DNA of 64,000 nt from contig CBDEUM010000038.1 in the NCBI GenBank assembly GCA_965242925.1, positions 288,001 to 352,000 of the forward strand, in the 5' to 3' direction. This document shows positions 1 through 7,795 of this stretch, in pieces. The position numbers and the translations under genes are program-made. Source of the stretch: Roseibacillus sp. GTDB taxonomy: Bacteria > Verrucomicrobiota > Verrucomicrobiia > Verrucomicrobiales > Akkermansiaceae. How positions within the stretch are numbered: position 1 is the stretch's first letter; each line of letters begins with the position of its first letter. The notes under the pieces were generated by a model. It searched no databases and had not been told where the DNA came from. It saw only the letters and a list, made by a program, of their open reading frames with translations.

Positions 1-65
1 TTGGCGCCATGGCGGGAGCTTATGGGGCTGCCTATTTTGCAATGCAGCGATACGACAAGGGATGA
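1..65 (+). CDS. 3' end of an upstream gene, probably a ROK-family sugar kinase (partial)
   Basis: Frame from nt 3 reads GAMAGAYGAAYFAMQRYDKG*, resembling the ROK C-terminal helix (GxxAGxxGAA). Its TGA overlaps the next ATG (ATGA at 62-65). Confidence 0.5.
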   Translation, partial: GAMAGAYGAAYFAMQRYDKG

Positions 66-847
66 AAGCATGTGAAGATTATCTGCGACTGTGCTCGGAG
101 CTGCTTACGACGGTGTCCGGTCAAGGTGATGTCATCGACCAGGTGGCGGACAAGTTTGCGGAAACCATCCTGCGGGGTCGCATGGTGCACCTCTTCGGTT
201 CCGGGCACAGCAGGATCATGGTGGAGGAGATGTGGCCACGCTACGGATCGTTTCCCGGCTGGAATCCCATTGTGGAATTATCCCTGACCTTTCATAATCT
301 GACGACCGGGGCTAACGGACAACGTCAGGCGATGTACCTGGAGAATGTGCCCGGTTTTGCGGAGCGCATCCTGCGCAACTTCGACATCGCCGCGGATGAC
401 GCTGCCCTCATCATTTCCTCCAGCGGCACGAGCGTGGTGCCGGTGGAAATGGCTGAAGGATTGCAGGGCAAGGGAGTGGCGGTGGCTGCGATGGTGAGCA
501 AGAAGCACTCGGTGGCCAGTGTAGCCAAGCGGGAGGATGGCAGGAAACTCCCGGACTTTGCGGATTACCTCCTTGATACCGGAGCTCCGGTGGGTGACGC
601 GGCAGTGGAGGTAGAGGGCCTGGGAGAGAAGGTCGCTCCACTCTCGACGGTAGGAGGGGTTATCCTGGTGAATGCCATCAAGGCGGAGGTGGCGCAACGC
701 CTGACAGAGGGCGGAGCGCCTCCCAAGGTGCTCGCGGCGGCCTGCACGGTGGGAGGGGAGCGCTCGACAGAACTCTTTGAAGCTGCCTACGATGAGCACG
801 CCCGTGGCATGGCCAGACTTTACGAGAACCTTGGCAAGGAATCATGA
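62..847 (+). CDS. SIS-domain sugar-phosphate isomerase-like protein (UPF0309-like)
   Basis: 261 aa; motifs VHLFGSGHS, IISSSGTS, DTGAPVGDA, PLSTVGG typical of SIS_2 proteins. Confidence 0.85.
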   Translation: MKACEDYLRLCSELLTTVSGQGDVIDQVADKFAETILRGRMVHLFGSGHSRIMVEEMWPRYGSFPGWNPIVELSLTFHNLTTGANGQRQAMYLENVPGFAERILRNFDIAADDAALIISSSGTSVVPVEMAEGLQGKGVAVAAMVSKKHSVASVAKREDGRKLPDFADYLLDTGAPVGDAAVEVEGLGEKVAPLSTVGGVILVNAIKAEVAQRLTEGGAPPKVLAAACTVGGERSTELFEAAYDEHARGMARLYENLGKES

Positions 848-1884
848 AGGAACAACCACTGCGAACCTCGGTAGTCGGGAGTTATCCTTTCCCCGCCTGG
901 TTGGAGTCGTGTTCGGGGCGCCTCGACGAGTTCGGCTCGAAGGACATCGAGGAAATGCAGGACGATGCCACCGCGGCGGCCATCGGCGATCAACTGCGGT
1001 CGGGGTTGGACGTGATCACTGATGGGGAGCAGACGCGCTTCGATTTCAACCTGAGCTTCTACGGTCACCTGGAGGGGATCTCGCTGGAGGCGGAGTCGCC
1101 GCGCAAGTGGGGGCCTCCTGCTCACGACCAAAGGGGCAAACACGAGGTGTGCGGCGACCTTGCAGCACCGCGGGGACTGGGGACCCTGGAAGAGTTCAGC
1201 CGGCTCAAAAGGATGGCGCCCGAGGGGCAGGCCCTGAAGGTCAGTGTGCCGGGTCCGTTTACGATGAGCGGGCGCCTCCTTCCGGGTGACCGCTACGCGG
1301 ATCGTTTTGCTCTCACCGAGGCGCTTCTGCCCCTTATTCGCAAGGAATTGGAGGATCTGGCGGATGCGGGATGCGAGGAAATCTGTGTCGATGAGCCCTC
1401 AATGAGTTGTTACGGCTACAAGGAGGACACCAGGCGTTTCGTCGACATCTTCAACCGGACCGTGGAGTCGGTTGCGGGGAGGACGCGGCTCTGCACGCAC
1501 TTGTGCTTTGGGAATTTCAAAGGGCATCCGGTGGGATATCGTCGCTACGCGCCGCTTTTTCCGGATTTTCTCGATCTGCATGTTGATGAGTTGCACCTTG
1601 AGATGGCCAACCGGGAATACGCCGAGTTGGAGGTGATCGGCGAGGTGGCCAAACGGATGGATGTGGCAGTCGGGATCATTGATGTGAAAAGCTATCTCGT
1701 CGAAACGCCCGAGATGATCGCGGAAAAGGTGAAGGCCTGCCTCGAACATGCCTCTCCCGAGCGGCTTGTCTTTGCGCCGGATTGCGGTCTCAGCCAGACG
1801 GCCCGGTGGGCAGCGAGGCAGAAACTATGCAACATGGTGGATGGAGTGCGAAGCGTGCGGGAAGAACTCGGGCTCCGGGTGTGA
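844..1884 (+). CDS. Cobalamin-independent methionine synthase II family (single-barrel MetE-like) Zn protein
   Basis: 346 aa; VVGSYP, DVITDGEQ, PGPFT, VDEP, Zn ligands in HLCFGN, HLE and APDCGL; lacks the N-terminal barrel of full MetE. Confidence 0.85.
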   Translation: MKEQPLRTSVVGSYPFPAWLESCSGRLDEFGSKDIEEMQDDATAAAIGDQLRSGLDVITDGEQTRFDFNLSFYGHLEGISLEAESPRKWGPPAHDQRGKHEVCGDLAAPRGLGTLEEFSRLKRMAPEGQALKVSVPGPFTMSGRLLPGDRYADRFALTEALLPLIRKELEDLADAGCEEICVDEPSMSCYGYKEDTRRFVDIFNRTVESVAGRTRLCTHLCFGNFKGHPVGYRRYAPLFPDFLDLHVDELHLEMANREYAELEVIGEVAKRMDVAVGIIDVKSYLVETPEMIAEKVKACLEHASPERLVFAPDCGLSQTARWAARQKLCNMVDGVRSVREELGLRV

Positions 1885-1887
1885 GGA

Positions 1888-2787
1888 ATGATTGCGCCCC
1901 TGCAAAAGGACGAGGCCCTGTTGGCGGATATTCATTCAGCCGGAGGTGGGGAGGAATGCTTTCATCTCTGGTGGTTGGGACAGAGTGGTTTCCTGCTGAA
2001 GTGGGACGGCCAATTCCTTCTCTTTGACCCCTACCTTTCCGACTCGCTCACACGCAAGTATGCGGAGACCGACAAGCCGCATGTGCGCATGACGGAACGG
2101 GCGATCGATCCCGCGCGACTCGACTTCGTGAACTGCGTGACTTCAAGCCACAATCACACCGATCATCTGGACGGGGACACCCTTGCGGCAATTGCGAATG
2201 CTGGCGACGGAGTCACTCTCGTTCTTCCGGAAGCAAATATCGAGTTTGCCCAGGAGCGTCTGGGTGACGCGCCCATCAAGTATCTGGGTCTCAATGAAGG
2301 CACTCGGAAGGACAGTGGAATCTGGGAAATAGGAGGAGTGTCGGCGGCTCACAATGAGGTGGAGCGGGACGAATTGAATCGATGCCGGTTTCTAGGATTC
2401 CAGGTCGGGTTCGGACCGTTCAGCGTCTACCACAGTGGGGACACTCTTTGGCACGATCGACTGGTGGAGCAGTTTCTCGGGAGAAAACCGGATGTCGCGA
2501 TGCTGCCTATCAATGGGAACAAGCCGGAGCGGAGAGTAGCGGGAAACCTCAATGGGACGGAAGCAGCCATGCTGGCCCGGGCAATCGGGGCCCGGGTGGT
2601 GCTACCCTGCCACTATCATATGTTCACCTTCAACACCGAGGAACCGGAGGAGTTCATGGCTGCCTGTGAGCGACTGGGACAGGGTTACAAGGTCATGCAG
2701 TGTGGCGAACGGTTGACGGTGGAACCGGAGGAGACCTCCTGCGTCCGGGAGAAGAGAGTCTTGCGACCGGAGGATGGGGGGCGATGA
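1888..2787 (+). CDS. MBL-fold metallo-hydrolase (UlaG-like lactonase family)
   Basis: WLGQSGF, DPYLS, SHNHTDHLD (HxHxDH), AHN, YHSGDT, PCHY. Confidence 0.85.
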   Translation: MIAPLQKDEALLADIHSAGGGEECFHLWWLGQSGFLLKWDGQFLLFDPYLSDSLTRKYAETDKPHVRMTERAIDPARLDFVNCVTSSHNHTDHLDGDTLAAIANAGDGVTLVLPEANIEFAQERLGDAPIKYLGLNEGTRKDSGIWEIGGVSAAHNEVERDELNRCRFLGFQVGFGPFSVYHSGDTLWHDRLVEQFLGRKPDVAMLPINGNKPERRVAGNLNGTEAAMLARAIGARVVLPCHYHMFTFNTEEPEEFMAACERLGQGYKVMQCGERLTVEPEETSCVREKRVLRPEDGGR

Positions 2788-3440
2788 TGGCTCGCATGCA
2801 TCCGGTCTTCGAGCGCCTGGGGGAGAGTCGCCTCGCGGCGGTGGTCATGATTGAGAATGAGGAGCACGCCGTTCCTCTCGCAAGGGCATTGTTGGCTGGA
2901 GGGGTCGCCGCCATGGAGTTGACCCTGCGAACTGATGTGGCCCTGGAGAGCCTGAAGCAGATTGGAATCGAAGTTCCGGAGATGATGGTGGGAGCGGGAA
3001 CAGTCCTAAGAGAAGAGCAGGTTTCAGCTGCGCGGGATGCCGGGGCGGCTTTTGGGGTGGCGCCCGGGACAAACAGGAGAATTCTGGCAGCAGCGAAGGA
3101 CGCCGGGTTCCCGTTTGCACCGGGCATTGCAACCCCGACTGACATTGAATTGGCACTGGAGTTCGATTGTCGGGTATTGAAGTTCTTTCCAGCGGAAGGG
3201 GTGGGGGGACTGAAATACCTCACCAGTATCGCGATACCCTACCGTCAGCTAGGGTTGCGTTATATTCCGCTTGGGGGGGTCCATGAGGGCAATCTCGCAT
3301 CCTACACCACCTCGCCGGATATCCTGGCGGTGGGAGGATCCTGGCTTGCGCCCAAGCCCCTCCTCGACACTGGAGACTGGAAAGGGATCGAGTCCCTCGC
3401 CCGGCGAGCCGTGGCGCTGGTCGAAGATGTGGGGGAGTAG
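2784..3440 (+). CDS. eda: 2-dehydro-3-deoxy-phosphogluconate / 4-hydroxy-2-oxoglutarate aldolase
   Basis: ELTLRT, GAGTV, KFFPA (Schiff-base Lys), PLGGV, AVGGSW; start placed at the ATGA overlap at 2784. Confidence 0.9.
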   Translation: MMARMHPVFERLGESRLAAVVMIENEEHAVPLARALLAGGVAAMELTLRTDVALESLKQIGIEVPEMMVGAGTVLREEQVSAARDAGAAFGVAPGTNRRILAAAKDAGFPFAPGIATPTDIELALEFDCRVLKFFPAEGVGGLKYLTSIAIPYRQLGLRYIPLGGVHEGNLASYTTSPDILAVGGSWLAPKPLLDTGDWKGIESLARRAVALVEDVGE

Positions 3441-3588
3441 CCTGCTGTGGCAGCCCCATGTTGTGTTCAGTTCTTCCTGCATCTCCCCTGGTGAAACGTT
3501 CCCTGTGCGCTCCAGTCCCTCCCCGTTGATTTGCCTTGCCATCCCGGTTCCTTCGCCGCAATTTCCCCGCCCACGCTTCTTGGCCAGG

Positions 3589-3661
3589 GGCTCGGTAGCT
3601 CAGTTGGTAGAGCAGGGGATTGAAAATCCCTGTGTCGGCGGTTCGATTCCGTCCCGAGCCA
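3589..3661 (+). tRNA. tRNA-Phe (GAA)
   Basis: Acceptor stem GGCTCGG/CCGAGCC, D-arm TAGCTCAGTTGGTAGAGC, anticodon loop TTGAAAA, T-loop GGTTCGATTCC. Followed by CCT, so CCA is not fully encoded. Confidence 0.97.
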
Positions 3662-4020
3662 CCTTTACAGTCAACGAGTTAGAGCGGTTCCTTTTGTTAG
3701 AGAGTTTCCGCGGGGCCACATTGGTGCCGAGTTATTGGGGTCTAGACCAAAGATTGGGGAAAGGCCTGGTTTGTTGTTTTGGGGGGGTGGCGGTCAGGAC
3801 AACCGTTATCACCTTCGATGGAAACGCACCCGGTCGCGGTCGTCGGACGTGCCTGCTCTCCCTGAGGGGGCCAACGATGGCATGTCTGCTAGACATCATA
3901 CCGCCGTGATTCCTAGCGCATCCCAGGCGTTGGCGGCAACCGCGTCATTGGGTTTCTCCCGCCCGTGCCTCCGGTCTTTCCACCTTGCCCTGCCCGCAAC
4001 CCACAGCCAAGCTTCCCACA

Positions 4021-5451
4021 ATGAGGAACCAAGGCAGGATTTCACCCCCTTCCGCTCCCTGCACCTCCATCCAGGGAAGCCCTGAAAAGGGAATTCCTGG
4101 CCGTTCTCGAAGTTCCTCTTCAGGTCGATCCTTTTTCTCCGCCTGCGTTCTCGCTTGCTCCCTGCCCGGCGTGGTAGCTGCCTCTCCGTCCTGGAACGAA
4201 TTTCGAGGCTCGAAGGGGGATGGTCACGCTGAAGGCAGCGGCTACCTCACGGAGTTTTCTGGCGAAATTGGGGTGAAGTGGTCGGCACCTATTCCAGGCA
4301 AGGGATGGTCTTCTCCCGTGATTGCCGATGGACGGATTTGGCTGACGACAGCACTTGAACGGGCCGCCACCGAAGCAGAGCGCCAGGCGAGTTTGAAAAA
4401 GGCGAAGACCGATGAACGCGAGGCAAGACAGAAACAGGTGGCGGGAGAAGTTCAGCTGCAGGCGATTTGCTTGGATCAAGCTAGTGGGAAAGTCCTTCAC
4501 GTGATCGAGCTCGCGAAGTTGATGGGGCCAGATCCGATCCATAACTTGAACAGCTACGCGTCACCAACCGCTGTGCTTGATGGCGGGAAGGTTTATTGTC
4601 ATTTTGGAACGTTTGGCACCTTTTGCCTGGATGGGAAGACGGGGAAGAAGCTGTGGGACACTCAATTCAAGATTCATCACAGTGTTGGCCCCGGTAGTTC
4701 GCCTCTTATCTACAAAAACCTGGTGATCCTGATTTGTGATGGGACGGATCAACAATTTGTCGCTGCCGTGGACAAGAACACTGGGAAGACCGTCTGGAAG
4801 AGTGATCGTCCAGCCTTGCGGGCAGCGAGGGGCGAGATGAAAAAGGCCTACTCTACTCCCGTCGTGGTGCGGGGAGAAAACGGGAAGCCCAATCAATTGA
4901 TCTGCATGGGTTCCCAGTGGTTGGTTTCCTACGATCCTCTCACTGGCAAGGAGAACTGGCGATGCGATCACGGCAGTGGGTTCTCGGTAGTGCCTCGTCC
5001 TGTGGTGGGGCATGGCAATGTGTATGTCTGCACCGGTTTTGGAAATCCTCAGCTATGGGCGGTTCGTCACGATGGCTCCGGGGATGTTTCGAAGTCGCAT
5101 GTCTCTTGGACAACGATCAAGCGTATTCCCGCCAAACCTTCTCCCCTGCTGATTGGAGACGAGATCTACGTGATTTCGGATGGAGGCATCGCGAGTTGTT
5201 TCGATGCCAGGAGGGGCGACGTGCATTGGGTGGAGCGGGTGTCGGGAAACTATTCTGCTTCCCCGCTTTATGCGGGAGGTAAGATTTACTTTTGCTCCCA
5301 GGAGGGACAAGTAACCGTGATTGAGCCGGGAACTGAATACAAAGTGGTGTCCGAAAACGATATGGGCGTGGGAATGATGGCCTCTCCTGCCGCGCTCGAT
5401 GGGGATTTGTATATTCGGACCGAGACGCACTTGCTCAGAGTGGGGGGATAG
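4021..5451 (+). CDS. PQQ-binding-like beta-propeller repeat protein (BamB-like, PVC-expanded family)
   Basis: WNEFRG, KWSAPIPGKGWSSPV, YASPT, repeated LDxxTGKxxW blades, MASPA; start uncertain. Confidence 0.85.
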   Translation: MRNQGRISPPSAPCTSIQGSPEKGIPGRSRSSSSGRSFFSACVLACSLPGVVAASPSWNEFRGSKGDGHAEGSGYLTEFSGEIGVKWSAPIPGKGWSSPVIADGRIWLTTALERAATEAERQASLKKAKTDEREARQKQVAGEVQLQAICLDQASGKVLHVIELAKLMGPDPIHNLNSYASPTAVLDGGKVYCHFGTFGTFCLDGKTGKKLWDTQFKIHHSVGPGSSPLIYKNLVILICDGTDQQFVAAVDKNTGKTVWKSDRPALRAARGEMKKAYSTPVVVRGENGKPNQLICMGSQWLVSYDPLTGKENWRCDHGSGFSVVPRPVVGHGNVYVCTGFGNPQLWAVRHDGSGDVSKSHVSWTTIKRIPAKPSPLLIGDEIYVISDGGIASCFDARRGDVHWVERVSGNYSASPLYAGGKIYFCSQEGQVTVIEPGTEYKVVSENDMGVGMMASPAALDGDLYIRTETHLLRVGG

Positions 5452-5538
5452 TGGAGAGGAGACGGATAGGAAGGGTGTCGTCTTGCGAGTGAGCCTGGCC
5501 TCCTGACGTTGAGCCAGAGAAAGACAAAGGAGAACAAC

Positions 5539-6657
5539 GTGAACAGAGCAAATGGAATCAGGATCCTCATCATGAGAGTCCTGTGCGTTGGCATGGTATC
5601 CGGTGTCAACATCAGTGGGGTAGAGGCTGACCAACAACCAGTCACAGAGCCCTGGACTTTCTGCAGTATTCCCGACTTCCTTAACTTCGACATAGACTAC
5701 CCTCAGCAAGGTTGGGAAGATGCGTTGGGGTTTATTCTGAAGTCCATGAAGGATGAGAATCCGGCCTTCGTCATGGTTGCGGGCGACCTGGTCATGGGGC
5801 ACTGGGGGCCGACCGCGAAGGATGTGATGAAGTGGGCTGACAGGTACTACCCGCCATGGGGCAAACGCTGGAAGGATCAAGATCTGAAAGTCTACGCCGC
5901 TCTTGGCGACCATGAGATCGGTGACAATCCGTGGCCATCCTACAAGCTGGTTCCCCATTACAAAGAGGCCTTCCGGCGCCACCTGAAGATGCCCCTGAAC
6001 GGGCCCGAACACATGAAGGGGACCGCGTTCTACTGGGTGCACAAGAATGCGCTGTTTGTGTCCGTGGACGTATTCGAAAAGGGGCGCAGCAAACAGGGGA
6101 CGATCGCAGCAGGAGTGACCGGCGAACAGCTCAGGTGGTTTGAGGAGGTTCTCGGCAATCACCGGGCCAGGGTCGATCATATCGTCGTCATGGGGCATAC
6201 GCCGATTCTGCGACCCGTCCGCAAGTTCAGCTCATCGGGCATGTTGACCGTCAAAGGGCGTGATTCCGCATTTTGGCGGACCATGGTGAAGCATGATGTC
6301 GATCTATATATCTGTGGGGAAGTGCACGCTGTGACCTGTAGGCAGGAAGACGGCATCCAGCAGGTCGCCCATGGAGGTTTGATCGGGCGCACGACGAAAC
6401 CAAACTACATGGTCGTGGTCGTCCATAAAGGCAAGCTTGAGCTTGATCTCAAGGAAATCGATTTGAGCAACGGCACGGGCAGACTCTGGCAGCAGAAGAA
6501 GGGCAACGGCCCCTGGGACACGATCACGATCACCGAGGAACGTAAGAAGGAAGGGTTCACATCAATCGGCCATGTGGGCATCATCAAGCAAGCAGGCAGG
6601 AGATCGTTTGAATCAATAACAGGTTTTTTTGATGAAAAGGACAACCCCGGGAAATAG
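5539..6657 (+). CDS. Secreted calcineurin-like metallophosphoesterase (atypical ligands)
   Basis: IPDF, VAGDLV, LGDHE, MGHTP, CGEVH blocks; GTG start preceded by AAGGAG; N-terminal hydrophobic segment. Confidence 0.75.
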   Translation: MNRANGIRILIMRVLCVGMVSGVNISGVEADQQPVTEPWTFCSIPDFLNFDIDYPQQGWEDALGFILKSMKDENPAFVMVAGDLVMGHWGPTAKDVMKWADRYYPPWGKRWKDQDLKVYAALGDHEIGDNPWPSYKLVPHYKEAFRRHLKMPLNGPEHMKGTAFYWVHKNALFVSVDVFEKGRSKQGTIAAGVTGEQLRWFEEVLGNHRARVDHIVVMGHTPILRPVRKFSSSGMLTVKGRDSAFWRTMVKHDVDLYICGEVHAVTCRQEDGIQQVAHGGLIGRTTKPNYMVVVVHKGKLELDLKEIDLSNGTGRLWQQKKGNGPWDTITITEERKKEGFTSIGHVGIIKQAGRRSFESITGFFDEKDNPGK

Positions 6658-6770
6658 ACGATCTCCTGGCTCTTAACCTTCTGTCATCCGGACTGGTTCC
6701 GGCAGGCGTGCAACCATTGAAGTCTGGCAGGAACCCTCAAGGGGAATGATCTCGGCGTCGATTCCCAGTT

Positions 6771-6829
6771 CGGGTTGGGAGACCGGGTTGGGAGACCGGG
6801 TTGGGAGACCGGGTTGGGAGACCGGGTTG
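6771..6829. repeat. 13-bp tandem repeat CGGGTTGGGAGAC x4.5
   Basis: Four perfect units plus 7 nt, no spacers; intergenic. Confidence 0.95.
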
Positions 6830-6934
6830 TCCGCATCTGCCGCGGGTAAGGGTTGACAGGGTTGGCGTTCCGGCGGGGCCGCATTGACTGCGGGTGAAGT
6901 GTTGCACCGTCGGAAAGGGGCGTTACCCTCGCGG

Positions 6935-7702
6935 ATGAACTTCATTCAAGGAATGGCCATGATGGGATTGATCCTCACCACGGGGTGGCTCGGCGCGCAG
7001 GATACAAAGGTGGAGACTGATGTGGTCAGTCAGTTGGGTCTGGGCTTCGTGGAACTCTTCAATGGGAAGGACCTGACGAACTGGGCTGATGTCAACACTT
7101 CGCCGGAGACATGGTCGGTGAAAGATGGATTGCTGGTGTGCACGGGAAAGCCGATCGGAGTGATGAGGTCGACGAAGAAATACGAGAACTTCATTCTGGT
7201 TATCGAGTGGCGACACATGGAGGCCGGGGGGAATTCGGGGGTCTTTCTCTGGAGCGATGCCCGGCCTGAAGGAAACCGGTTACCCCGGGGGATGGAGGTG
7301 CAGATGCTCGAACTGCAATGGCCCTATATTCACGCCCAGCGAAACGGGAAGCCACGTCACCTGGGCTACGTGAGCGGAGAGTTGTTCGGGGCTGGCGGGA
7401 TGAGGGCGGTTCCCGAGAACCCGCGGGGCAGTCGTAGCATGTCCTATGAGATGCGCTGCAAGGGCAAGGGGGAGTGGAACCGTTACGTGGTGGTGGCGGT
7501 GGATGGAACCGTAAAGCTCTCTATCAACGGAAAGTTCGTCAACGGCATCCGGGAGGCGGATGGGCGGAAGGGCTATCTCTGTCTGGAGGCAGAGGGGGCG
7601 GAGATCCATTTTCGGAGGGTTAGTATCATGGAGCTGCCGGATGGACGGGCGGAAGAGCTCGACATGGTGCTGGGGGGTGAACTGGACGGGAAGAAGGACT
7701 GA
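6935..7702 (+). CDS. DUF1080 (3-keto-disaccharide hydrolase family) protein
   Basis: [53 protein letters not shown]; signal-peptide-like N-terminus. Confidence 0.9.
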   Translation: MNFIQGMAMMGLILTTGWLGAQDTKVETDVVSQLGLGFVELFNGKDLTNWADVNTSPETWSVKDGLLVCTGKPIGVMRSTKKYENFILVIEWRHMEAGGNSGVFLWSDARPEGNRLPRGMEVQMLELQWPYIHAQRNGKPRHLGYVSGELFGAGGMRAVPENPRGSRSMSYEMRCKGKGEWNRYVVVAVDGTVKLSINGKFVNGIREADGRKGYLCLEAEGAEIHFRRVSIMELPDGRAEELDMVLGGELDGKKD

Positions 7703-7795
7703 GTGGATTGGGCCGGGGCGATCGCGCCATCCTCAAGGGGAAGCAGCAGGGCCAAGAGAATCAGGAATAATTTATGCATTGCTGTGCGGGAAGGA

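Noticed and set aside
3271..3909. 212-aa ORF spanning the tRNA
   Set aside because: Overlaps eda and tRNA-Phe; no protein-like features
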